A stretch of DNA of 64,000 nt from Chiloscyllium plagiosum (lineage: Eukaryota): NCBI RefSeq assembly GCF_004010195.1, contig NC_057711.1, positions 81,419,366 to 81,483,365 on the forward strand, in the 5' to 3' direction. Positions 12,896 to 24,130 of this stretch are shown here, piece after piece. A program made the position numbers and the translations under genes. Below the pieces are notes generated by a model. That model was not told the DNA's origin. It was given only the letters and a program-made list of their open reading frames with translations, and searched no databases. Position 1 is the first letter of the stretch, and every line of letters begins with the position of its first letter.

Positions 12896-13290
12896 ACCCG
12901 CACCAACCAGTCGAAATGGTGCCTCTTTTTTTTGACTGGGACAACACATCTATCCCGGGACTGGCTAAGCAAAGGCATGCCAGAGAATTCCTAGAGGCCT
13001 GGCACTCCAAACACAACGCCATAAACAAACACATAGATCTAGATGCCATCTATCAACCCCTCAGAAAACAAACAGGAAATGACATCACCACAAACTCCAG
13101 GAACCCCATCCAGGAGAAAGATATAAATAGAAAGCAGGAGACAACAGCTTCGCTTCACTTGGAGGTCGCCACTGATGATGTTACCTAGCCAGGTAACGAA
13201 ACGTCTGGATATCAAACCTACAGCTCAGCGAGCAAACCTACACCCTAAATCTCAACCTGAGCTACAAACCTTCACAAACCTTGCAAAAAA
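12896..13290 (+). mobile_element. Penelope family B 3' fragment
   Basis: FDWDNTSI..AKQRHAREFLEAWHS..NAINKHIDLD; nearly identical to 23605-23925. Confidence 0.9.
13169..13208 (+). ncRNA. Minimal type I hammerhead ribozyme motif, PLE family B (intact core)
   Basis: CCA-CTGATGA-T-GTTACCT-AGCC-AGGTAAC-GAAA-CG-TC-TGG: stem I CCA/TGG, perfect 7-bp stem II, predicted cleavage after C13205. Confidence 0.85.
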
Positions 13291-13399
13291 AAAATTGAGT
13301 TTAATGATTTTAGGGCCTGAGCACCTTCTCCCATAACTTTACCCCAACCCGCACTCACCATGTCTTGTCATTGTTTGTTCTTTGTTTTTTATCGTCTGA

Positions 13400-13870
13400 A
13401 GAAAACAGGCCTAATTTATATACACTCTCACGTAACTTAACCCATAAAGTCCAGATATCTTGCAAATGTACATTGTAGTCCCTCAAAGACCAAAATATTC
13501 TTCCTCAGGTGCGGAGCTCAAATCTGCTCTCAGTACTCCTAATCAGTGTTTTGTATAGCTGCAGCATTACTTCTGCATCTTTGTACTTGAGTACTCTAAG
13601 CGCATTTTCCATTTATTTCCTTGGATATTTTTTATATCTGTTCATGACATTTTAAAAATCTATGCAGCTGAACCCCCAAGTTTCTTTGGGCATCCATTGT
13701 ATTTAACTTCATATAATCTAGAAAGTATCCTGATCTTTCATTTTCAGTCGAAAACTTAGTCCATCAATATCCCTTTGTAATTTACTGCAATCATTTACAC
13801 TGTCTAAAAATGCCACCTGAATTTGTGTCATCAGCAAGTTGGAATAAATGACTTTCTATGCCAATATACA
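13400..13870 (-). mobile_element. Degenerate CR1 fragment
   Basis: Reverse complement of gtgtcatcagcaag gives LADDT, followed by CR1-like C-terminal sequence. Confidence 0.6.
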
Positions 13871-14404
13871 AGTTGTGGAGGTGCTGGTGTTGGACTGGGG
13901 TGGACAAAGTTAAAAATTACACAACAACAGGTTAAAGTTCAACAAGTTTATTTGAGAGTACAAGCTTTCGGAGTCAAGCTCCTTCATCAGGTAGCTAGTG
14001 GGGCAGGATCATAGGACACAGAATTTATAGTAAAAGATCAAAGCGTCCTACAACTGATGTGATGTATTGAACAAACCTAAATTGTTGTTAAGTTTTAATT
14101 GCTTAGAATGGGATTGCAGGTGTTGATTGATTAAATCCCAGAACTCCTTTCAAGTCACAGTCCTGAGATAACGTAAGGTCCTGGTAACGTAACGATATAA
14201 AAAAATGGTGACATCTCAGTTCAGACAATGCATTAAAGGTGTGAGGTCTGTCTGTATCCCAACCTTGAGTCAGACTGGTTCTATTTCCAAAGTAGGAATT
14301 TATCAAATGTCACATGGACTGACTGCCTACAGATTGTGTGCTTTTTGAACAAAATGGAATGTATCGACAAATACATATCTGCAAATGCAAATTCAGCCCA
14401 TAGA

Positions 14405-14705
14405 TTTATATGTGAGTGTGCGTGCATGTGTGTGTGAGGGACAGCAAATATATGTGTGTGGGAGAGAGGGAGAGAGTATGTAAGTGTGTATGTGTGCATA
14501 CAAGAGTGTGCATATGTGTATGCTTGATAGAGTCTGTGTGTGAATATGATGGAGTACATGCCTGTGTGAACGTATGTGAATGAGTGAGTGTGTGCGTGCG
14601 AGTGAGTGTGTGAGTGAGTAAGAGAGAGAGAGCATGTGTAAGAGAGAAAGTCTGTGTGAGTGTGTGTATTTGTGTGCTCGTGTGTGAGTGCATGTGTGTG
14701 AGAGT
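14405..14705 (+). repeat. Degenerate (TG)n/(GA)n low-complexity tract
   Basis: Visible gtgtgt and gagaga arrays. Confidence 0.9.
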
Positions 14706-14735
14706 TTAGAGTGTAGTGGGTTCACCTGTAGTGTG

Positions 14736-15225
14736 CCAAGCAGGCTAAGATAAAAGGTAGGGAGGAGGGACTTGGGGGAGGGTTGTTGGGAATGCGATAG
14801 GGTTCTGGCGATGGAGGAGGCCAAGGACCTGCATGTCCTTGGTGGAGTGGGAGGGGGAGTTAAAGTGTTCAGCCACGGAGCAGTTGGGTAGGTTGGTGCG
14901 GGTGTCCCAGAGGAGTTCTCTGAAACATTCCGCAAGTAGGCAGCCTGTCTCCCCAATGTAGAGGAGGTCACATCTCCGCCCACCCCCTCTCCAGCCTATC
15001 ACCCTCACCTTAACCTCCTTCCACCTATCGCATTCCCAACGCCCCTCTCCCAAGTCCCTCCTCCCTACCTTTTATCTTAGCCTGCTTGACACACTCTCCT
15101 CATTTCTGAAGAAGGGCAGATGCCCGAAATGTCGATTCTCCTGCTCCTTGGATGCTGCCTGACCTGCTGCGCTTTTCCAGCAACACATTTTTCAGCTCTG
15201 ATCTCCAGCATCTGCAGTCCTCACT
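14736..15225. mobile_element. Fold-back Penelope family A insertion
   Basis: 15-bp TSD TTCACCTGTAGTGTG at 14721-14735 and 15226-15240; left part on minus, right part on plus; YIGETG motif. Confidence 0.9.
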
Positions 15226-15619
15226 TTCACCTGTAGTGTGGCATGAAACGAAGATCCCGGTTAAGTCCATATTCATTGGTATCGAACTTGGTTATCAGCC
15301 TCTGCTCGGCCACTCTGTGTTGTTGTGTGTCCCAAAGTCTGTCTTGGAGGACAGTCACCTGAAGATCCGAGACCTCATATCCTTGACTGCTGAAGTATTC
15401 CCCACTAGAATGGAACATCTCTGTCTGATGATTGTTGCGCAGTGTCCATTCATCCATTGTGCTTGCTCTCGCCAATGTACCATGCCTCAGGGCATCCTTG
15501 CCTGAACGTATCAGATAGACAACATTGACCGAGTCACATGTGCACCTGCCATGCACATGGTGGATGGTGTCCCCAAGTGTAATGGTGGTATCCATGTTGG
15601 CATGTTTTGCATTGATTGC

Positions 15620-16070
15620 CCTGTAATTTGCCCTCAATTCTATATTAGTTTACAATCTCTTACGTAGCACTTTATCAAAAGCAACTGGAAGTCTATTTAA
15701 AGAAAATCCATAGATACTCCACTGTCCACTTTCGTTGTTACCTCTCCAAAAACTTCAATGAGGTTTATCAGGCATCATCCACCTGTCATGAATGAATGTT
15801 GGCTTGCCCTGATTAACTAACTGCTAATTTTCAAATTGTTCAGTTACTCCATCCTTGATCATAGATTCTACCAATTTCCCCACCACAAATGTTAGTTTTA
15901 CTGGTCTGTAATTCCCTGGTTTTCCCTTTTCACCCTTCTTAAAAAGCAGAGTGACATGTACAATTTTCCAATCCAGAAGGACAACTCATATATCTAGGGA
16001 ACTCTGTAAGATTACCATTAGGGTATCTACAATGTGCTCCCCGACTTCATTTAACACTCTCAGATGGAAA
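15620..16070 (-). mobile_element. CR1 RT N-terminal fragment
   Basis: Minus strand WKIVHVTLLFKKGEKGKPGNYRPVKLTFVVGKLVES. Confidence 0.8.
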
Positions 16071-16079
16071 TAGCAGAAT

Positions 16080-17200
16080 ACTCACCAATGAGAAAAAAGG
16101 AAAGACTGATCATCTCCTCCCTCTTTTACCTAACTCCCTGTTTCATCAAACTCCAATTACAGTCTCATGCAACAAAGCAGAACTCCAGCGCAGACCTTAG
16201 TGATATTCAGCAAGAAGACTTCTAAGAGCTGAAAAAACATTTCACTTTTGGTCACCATCTTGAGCCATTTCTGACAAGGTTGACGAAGCTCATGATGTTG
16301 CACAAAGCACCCATGTCTATCTGCCACTTTATAATCATTTCCTGGTCTCTGTCTGCAATTATCAGTATAAGTATTACAAGCCATCTTTAGACATGACAAT
16401 GCCAAACTGTTTAATAGTCTACAGTAATTTGTCAGAATCATTTGCTAATATTTCTACAACCTCCAGCTTTGTACATTTACCTTACTTCTTTCTAGCTGAA
16501 CACTGGCATGCAAAGTGATTCAGCTTCTTGCCCTGCTTTTCCTATGCTTTCTTCATTTTTGTGTGATGTATTCTGCAATATTTACGTGTTTCCCTTTGAT
16601 CTTGATCTTTTTGCTGTCACTTCTACAAATATTGTTTCCTTCTCTTTTGGTTATGTTATTTTCATTCAGCCTGGAATACCAGCATAATGTAAAGCCTTGT
16701 CTGTTCTTCCCTTAGAGCTCCTCCACATGTCCATAGCTTTCTGAGTGTACATTTCTTCTTCCTGTCACATGTACTGTCACAGCAGGATCTCCTCTGCCTA
16801 GGACAAGCCTAACACTGATGAGATGTTTCAATTGCCCAAAATCAAAATCATCAAGATGATACTAGTGTCGTTACCTACTGATCAATAATTTCGCTCTCTC
16901 CCCAACAGTTGAACAGATACCATATATAACTAACTATAACATGGGATTCAAAATATGTCTTTAAAACGTTCAAATTCTCTTCTGTCTGGATTCTCTCTCT
17001 ACAGTGACACTTAGGGTGCAATACAACTTGTAGCACTCCTTCTCCAGCACTGACAACAAGGTTGCAACTTCTATTTGTTCAATTCTTTATTTAATTCGAC
17101 AACAATTGCATAGTTTTGACACTGAAGCTAGAACAGATTGCAATTTGACACCATATCTCCTTCCATGTCCACATCAGCAGTAAATGGAAAATGCACAGTC
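16080..17200 (-). pseudogene. Gypsy gag and protease remnant
   Basis: MEGDMVSN...IEVATLLSVLEKECYKLY (gag N-terminus); WQIDMGALCNIM (degenerate DTGA, about 16290-16330). Confidence 0.7.
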
Positions 17201-20200
17201 AATGGGCTCACCCACCACTTCAAAGTTGTCAATTTTGTTTTTTATTCTTTCCATTTTATACAGTTGCTAGATGTCTTATGAAAGTGAAAATCCTTATAAT
17301 TTCTGCTGGCTACTTGTGACATCATTTTTTTCATGTTTGACTAATACAAACTAAAGTAAAAGAACTCGCAGCAGGTAGAGGTCACATGGCCAATTCATAC
17401 ACTACATGTAATTAATTTCTCCAAAAAAATGATGACATTTTATCCAGATTTTTTTCCACTCCTCCCTATTCCCTTACCCAGTTTATAATTGAATAAAGGA
17501 AATATCCAGGAAATCAGGATAATCAAATCTTATTTATACAAGTGTGAGGATGTTGGTAAATTTAATGTAAAATCAGGTCACCCTAGATTTTTGCCAGTAG
17601 TTTTTGATGAAAATACAATAACAGTTTTTTTTGTCTTGATGGTAAAAATGTAAGTATTACAAAGGTGTGCAATATAAAAATGTCTCCTTGAAATCTGGTC
17701 TTTGTTGCAAGAATATTATTGCTAATTGTCTCATTCAAATTTTGCAATTATCTTTTCTCAATTATGTTAAGTTTAAATGAAGAAACTCAAGCAGAAGTGA
17801 CTACAAACGCATCACTAATTTTATAGTGGTTTGGAGCATATTTTGTTCTTCCATACAAAAGTATCTAATAAGATAATTTTGAACAAGAATGAAAAATAAT
17901 GATTGTTGTCATGAAAGAATTACAGTAAACAATCCTGACCTGTGACTAATACCTCAGAACAATCAAGGTTATTCATTTACAATGAGTAAAAGTATTAATA
18001 AATTAATACTTTAGTAGTCCCACTCTTATTCGGTAATCTGGCACACAATCCAGCAACTGGTTACTGGTAATTAATTCAGGTAGTTGTTGTCATGATATAG
18101 CTTGTTAGATAAGACATTGCCTAATGATGGAAGCCCAGCAAATGGCAAACTGCTGCCATTCTGGTCACTCACATAAAATTGAGTGTCTGAACTGCAAGGC
18201 AGAAAATTAGTGCCATCAATGATTTTCAGCAGCAAAAGTGAAACACACCAGCTGCCGGGCGTTTGAGGAAATATGTTTGAAAGTAGCTGGCTGACAAGGA
18301 CTCTCCGCTCAACCCGTCCTATCATCGAATCATGAGCAGAGCTCTGCTTTTCACTTGTTTTGATGAATTTCAATAATGAATTTGATGCACTCTCAGGTCA
18401 GGTATTCAGCATGCTTAGCATCTAGCATAGACAATTAAAGCTGCTAACAGGTTTCTTTATAAAACTTGTGTGTGACTGACATGCTAAGGTGAAGGCTAAT
18501 ATGGAAAAGTTAGGTAAAGCTGATCTGAACATGAAGCAGACCAATGCTGCCCCCCAGTCACTGCTTCATGACTGCCTCCCACCTCAGCTTGCCTGGGCAC
18601 CTTTACTTGTAAACCAGCTCATCAAATTAGTATCACATTAGTAACACAAGAAGGGGCCACTGACAATGCTATCAAGCAGCACTTGCTGAGCAATAACCTG
18701 TTTGCTGATTTTAAAAAAATGAACTCCAGATGCTGGATATCTGAAACAGTCTGACAGCATCTATACAGAAAAACAAAATAGAGTTCATGTCAAATGACCT
18801 TTCATCAGAACTGAAAATAGCTGGGATTGGGTGGTATTTATGCTAAAGATGGGGTGGCTGGAGTAAATAGAACATATGGAGATGTGACCAAGACACAGAG
18901 GGAAGAGACAAAGCAAAAAATAAGAGAGAGAGATATTGTACTCCTCAGCTGGTGTTTAGGGATTTCTGAATTGAAGCACAGCCAAATCTTGAGGTGACAG
19001 CTCCTAGCTGGCACCTAGAATCCATCTTTGTAGGTTGTGAAGGCTCAAGGAGCAGTGGTGAAGAATATAGGAATCATGAACACTTTTGGAACTGAACACA
19101 CACCTAGAGAATATGCTTCCTGTGTTCGCACACCAATTACATGTTACTGGAATTGAACCATTTTCTGTTGATAAAGATTGCAGGCTGTCCCAAGAAGCTA
19201 TGATTGGCACATGCAGGAAATATCCCCACAATAGCCCTGAAACCAACAGAACTATTGTTATGCTCTCTGAATCACATTTTATCTGCACAAATCAACCCAC
19301 AACTTGCCTCATGTCCATAGCCTTTGGTCAGCATTAAAGTCCAACCAATATGCTATAAGTATGGATTGAGTGGTCAGTATGTCTTTTCTCATCTGAATTC
19401 ATATTGAACATTTAAAGTCATCTTAGCTTGAGGCTCTAGTATAGCCCATGACTACACTTGCTGTTACATTTTCTGTTATGTTTATATGTAAAGTAATGCT
19501 TCTATTTTTCCAAACTGTTGCAAGTTAGAATCTTCCAGTTTTACTCTCCCGGCCCCGATTTTGATTTACTGCTAGTAATTATCTTCTTTATTCCTGTTGT
19601 GTTGTGCATGTAGATCTTTGTTACGTAACACAAAACATTTTCGAAAGCAAGATTACTATATTAACTCATGGCATTTTATCAAACAAAATGCATCAACCTT
19701 TTACATGACAATGAAGTTACATTTTGCTAAAACTGAATGCAAAACCCTTAAAAGATTCCTCCAAGTTTCATGTTGACTTGAAGTACCATTATGTAATAAT
19801 ATATACTTGCTTACATATTTTTACTATTAGCTTGTAAGTATCATTTTTCTAAACTTCGGAGATTTTTTTACCACATCTTTCAGCATTCCTGGTAGTCTAG
19901 TAAAGTACCAAGTACTAGGTAGGAGATTACTTGAGTTCCAGACATAAATCATCCCTATAAATTTTGCATTTTATTTTGCTTTTGGAAAAGTAATTCATTC
20001 AACTGATAATAATGAGAAACTGTTCATTTGGAATGGTTAAATATTCAATTTAATAGAAATTAAAGTGATCAATAAGAAACCACACAAACAGTCCAGCTAG
20101 TCTTTTACAGGGAAGCAATAGGGAAAGAGAGCATTACATTGGGTTTTATGTGGTAATATTAAGTTATATGTGGTGATCTTTGGTTGCATGTGTTTGCTAC

Positions 20201-21683
20201 AAGCAGGACAGAGTCTTCCAGAAACAGGATACCAGATGGCTACTGAGTCTTGAAATTAAAAAGCTATGCAATGGAAAAAAGAACTTAAGTGCTAAAAATG
20301 TGAGCTGCATATTTTGTGGAGTTGAGTTAGACTTTCTGACTGGAGACATCTGCTCTCTTGAAAATATGCTGAAAATAATCTGTGCTTATTTGAATACCAC
20401 AGATTGGAGAATGGTCTTTTAACCACAATACTTTCTGTCATTTTCACATTCCATTCTATGTAAATTAATTTCAAATTTCTCACCTCACCTCATTTTTTTG
20501 ACAATAAGCTGGTGTTCCACTCAAGGTCTGTTCTGCCAATACTAAAGTCCAACTTGCCAATTGTAAAATGGCATTGCTGATCAGGCAACTGTAATGGAAA
20601 CAACGTATTTATTTCCACTGAAATCAATAGATATAGAATTTGGGTGGTTTCTATAAATGTTGTCCACTTACAGTAAGTTCATTGGGCTGTTTTTAATCAG
20701 ACACCTAACTTCAGTTTTACCTTCATTCAGCAGCTTTATCACTATATGTCATAATTAGAAAGAAAATGAATTGCACGTATGTGCATGTCTTCAATTTTTC
20801 ATAAGGTCCTTTAAGTGATACTGGCAATTGCACCTTAATTTGTGCTAGATCATTAGTTGCTTGTGCTCTGGTCTCCTGTCCAATAGAAACTAAGCTGAAA
20901 CAATTCAAACCCATTTTTCATAAAGTTCTTGCAGTAAGCAGTAACTTTCAACTCATCAATTTGGGTGAATTTAGATTGAAACACACGTGTAAAAAGAGCA
21001 ATGTGTTATAGACTGTGTACCTATCTCATATTATGTGAAATGTATTATGGTGATTGGATGGAAAGACCATTGTATAATGCCAAGACTTTTGAAAATTGTT
21101 CAAATAAATGGCAATAAAGAGGAATGGTGCAGAATTGCCACTCTCCCCTGTGTATTCACAACCTTACATATAATACAGTTTTGGTTTGACATTAGAAATA
21201 TGGTTGTTGTTAATGTTAAGTTGCATTATAACAAAATTTCACTTTCAGGACCCAGGTTTATAATGCTCAATTTTCACTGGAGAAAAACTATGTACAACTC
21301 CTGTGTTATAACATAAAACGTGAATGCAATAAATGTCCATCATTGAAATCAATGCCACTATTTACAATATAGTTTATTGTGTCTATTCGCAGGTTTGAAC
21401 ACTAAATGCAATAGACATAAATTGGCACATAAATCATACACATCATGAAAATATGTGTTCTGTTTTAATGTCACAATTATTTATTGTTATTCTACTTCCT
21501 ATTTTCACATTTATGGTCAATGGAAAAAAATGTATGTTGCTGAATAAAGAGACATACCACTGAAGTTGTTCATCTTGCACCCATCAGTACAGACTCATTC
21601 CACAGTCTTTCAAATCAGAGTCAACCCAGGATAATTTGCAACATATACGCAGCCACAAACAACTTGATTCAATGTTACACTGT

Positions 21684-21900
21684 TAAAAATCACACAACAC
21701 CAGGTTATAGTCCAACAGGTTTAATTAGAAGCACTAGCTTTCGGAGCGACGCTCCTTCATCAGGTGATTGTGGAGGGCTCGATCGTAACACAGAATTTAT
21801 AGCAAAAATTTTCAGTGTGTTGTAACTGAAATTATACATTGAAGAATTGATTGTCTGTTAAGCCTTTACATTGAAGAATTGATTGTCTGTTAAGCCTGTA
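21684..21900 (-). mobile_element. Penelope family C terminal fragment
   Basis: Matches 13910-14100; contains a 30-bp tandem duplication at about 21836-21897. Confidence 0.85.
21732..21766 (-). ncRNA. Minimal hammerhead ribozyme motif, PLE family C (intact core)
   Basis: Minus strand CAC-CTGATGA-A-GGAGC-GTC-GCTCC-GAAA-GC-TA-GTG: stem I CAC/GTG, 5-bp stem II, CUA site. Confidence 0.8.
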
Positions 21901-22613
21901 ACAGATAACAGGTAGAACGAACATTTAAGCAAAGTCCTTTCCGTGAGACATATTGTTCCTGCAAAATTCACAAATTCCTATTTAGTACTCTTATTTTGTT
22001 CTAATTTCTGGGTACTTTGTAATGAGACGTAACCATTTCATACATGTTGTCAATGAAACTGTCGCATGTCGGTGTCAATATGTACAAGTTAAAATTAAAT
22101 TGTACCTGTTGCAGATTATCCTGGGTCAACTCTGATCTTGAGGGTGGTGGAAAAACTGCAAACTAACTAGTTAAACAGAACCTGTGTCTCATCTTGAAGT
22201 TAAATCAAAGAAAATATGTACAAAGCAGCATGGAAAAAATGCACAAGAAAAATAACAATGGAAGAAGAAATAAAACATTGTCAAATGGTAACAGTAAGCC
22301 ATTGCAGAAGCAATATGAGAGCTGACAGAAGTTTTCAATGTCATAACACATAAGCTCTGACCAAAACCAGTCTGTATTTTTGTAACTGAGAACTATCAAC
22401 AACATCTGCAGAATGACTGAGGAATATATAGAGCACACATGTATGCAATGCATATTCAAATGGTTCAGATTGCAGTTATAGAGCCTTTAAGTGTCAGTTG
22501 CATATAATTTGAACTGAACTCTCAATTAAATTATCCTCATACTATCATCAGGTATCAGCCTATTCTTCATCATCTTAGTTTTCCTGTTTAAACCTAAAGT
22601 ATAGTTGGGTTAA

Positions 22614-23923
22614 TTTGCAAGGTTTGTGAAGGTTTGTAGCTCACGTTGAGATTTAGGGTGTAGGTTTGCTCGCTGAGCTGTAGGTTTGATATCCAGACGT
22701 TTTGTTACCTGGCTAGGTAACATCATCAGTGGTGACCTCCAAGTGAAGCGAAGCTGTTGTCTCCTGCTTTCTATTTATATCTTTCTCCTGGATGGGGTTC
22801 CTGGGGTTTATGGTGATGTCATTTCCTGTTAGTTTTCTGAGGGGTTGATAGATGGCATCTAGATCTATGTGTTTGTTTATGGCGTTGTGGTTGGAGTGCC
22901 AGGCCTCTAGGAATTCTCTGGCATGCCTTTGCTTAGCCTGTCCCAGGATAGGTGTGTTGTCCCAGTCGAAATGGTGGCTTTTTTCATCCGTGTGTTTAAC
23001 ATCATCAACAACACCCTCACAGGCATAAAGTTCACCAAGGAGGAAGAAACCGACAACAAACTCTCATTCCTGGATGTCACAGTCGAAAGAAAAGACAACG
23101 GAGAACGACAAACCTGCCTGTACAGAAAACCGACAAACACTGACCAAATACTTAACTACACCAGCAACCATCCCAACACACACAAATGAAGCTGTATCAG
23201 AACACTATTCCAACGAGCCACCACACACTGCAGCACAGATGAACTTCAGAAAATAGAGGAGAACCACCTATACAATGTATTCAAGAAGAACGGATACTCA
23301 AAAAATACAGTGCGCAGATTCCTCAAGAACAAACCAAGACAAGCAGACCAAACACAGCCAGAAACCCTAACTACCTTACCATACATCAAAGCACTCTCAA
23401 ACAAAAACTAACAAACTTAAAAGACCCAGTACAACCCATGGACAAAACCAACGTCATCTACAAAATTCCTTGCAAGGACTGCCACAAACACTACATAGGA
23501 CAAACAGGAAGAAAGTTAGCCATCAGGATACACGAACACCAGCTAGCCACAAAAAGACACGACCCTCTCTCCCTTGTAGCCCTAAACACGGATGAAAAAA
23601 GCCACTATTTCGACTGGGACAACACATCTGTCCTGGGACAGGCTAAGCAAAGGCATGCCAGAGAATTCCTAGAGGCCTGGCACTCCAAACACAACGCCAT
23701 AAACAAACACATAGATCTAGATGCCATCTATCAACCCCTCAGAAAACGAACAGGAAATGACATCACCACAAACCCCAGGAACCCCATCCAGGAGAAAGAC
23801 ATAAATAGAAACCAGGAGACAACAGCTTCGCTTCACTTGGAGGTCGCCACTGACGATGTTACCTAGCCAGGTAACAAAACGTCTGGATATCAAACCTACA
23901 GCTCAGCAAGCAAACCTACACCC
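22614..23923 (+). mobile_element. Penelope family B element with inverted 5' pseudo-LTR
   Basis: About 22614-22995 is the reverse complement of the 3' end; IKFTKEEETDNKLSFLDV..YRKPTNTD (RT thumb); GIY-YIG NVIYKIPCKDCHKHYIGQTGR; TSD TATAGKTGGGTTAA at 22600-22613 and 23924-23937. Confidence 0.92.
23438..23866 (+). CDS. GIY-YIG endonuclease domain of the Penelope ORF (open fragment)
   Basis: 142-aa ORF with VIY...YIGQTGR..IRIHEH...REFLEAW. Confidence 0.8.
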   Translation: MDKTNVIYKIPCKDCHKHYIGQTGRKLAIRIHEHQLATKRHDPLSLVALNTDEKSHYFDWDNTSVLGQAKQRHAREFLEAWHSKHNAINKHIDLDAIYQPLRKRTGNDITTNPRNPIQEKDINRNQETTASLHLEVATDDVT

Positions 23924-23929
23924 TATAGG

Positions 23930-24130
23930 TGGGTTAAGTTAGCTCAGTTGGTTGGATGACTGATAATACACCGTGAGTTCAATTTCTATAATGGCTGAGG
24001 TCACCCCAAAGGTCTCAACTTTTCCCTTTACCTGAGGTGTGGTGGCATTCAGATTAAGCTCATCACTGGTCACCTCTCTTTAATGATAGAGCAGCCCTAT
24101 GGTCCAGTGGGACTATGGTGACTTCACCTA
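23930..24130 (+). mobile_element. tRNA-derived SINE (non-HE1)
   Basis: A-box TAGCTCAGTTGG, B-box-like GAGTTCAATT, tail GGGACTATGGTGACTT. Confidence 0.65.

Larger units (their letters stand above)
13873..15605 (-). mobile_element. Penelope family C element (GIY-YIG end plus tail), interrupted by a family A copy
   Basis: ORF 15227..15637 GRCTCDSVNVVYLIR...EQRLITKFDTNEYGLNRDL; hammerhead-like motif at 13958-13993; internal TG-rich tract. Confidence 0.85.
1761..17410 (-). mobile_element. Fragmented Gypsy/Ty3 (Mag-like) LTR retrotransposon carrying nested insertions
   Basis: Colinear minus-strand gag, protease, RT, RNase H and integrase remnants; PBS-like TGATGTCACAAGTA at 17311-17324; similar short termini at about 1761-1868 and 17326-17410. 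Confidence 0.65.

Noticed and set aside
14393..14983. 196-aa His/Thr-rich ORF
   Set aside because: Translation of a (CA)n tract joined to Penelope sequence
17400..22600. Host protein-coding exons among the short ORFs
   Set aside because: No recognisable domain or convincing splice-bounded frame; small exons cannot be excluded without RNA data
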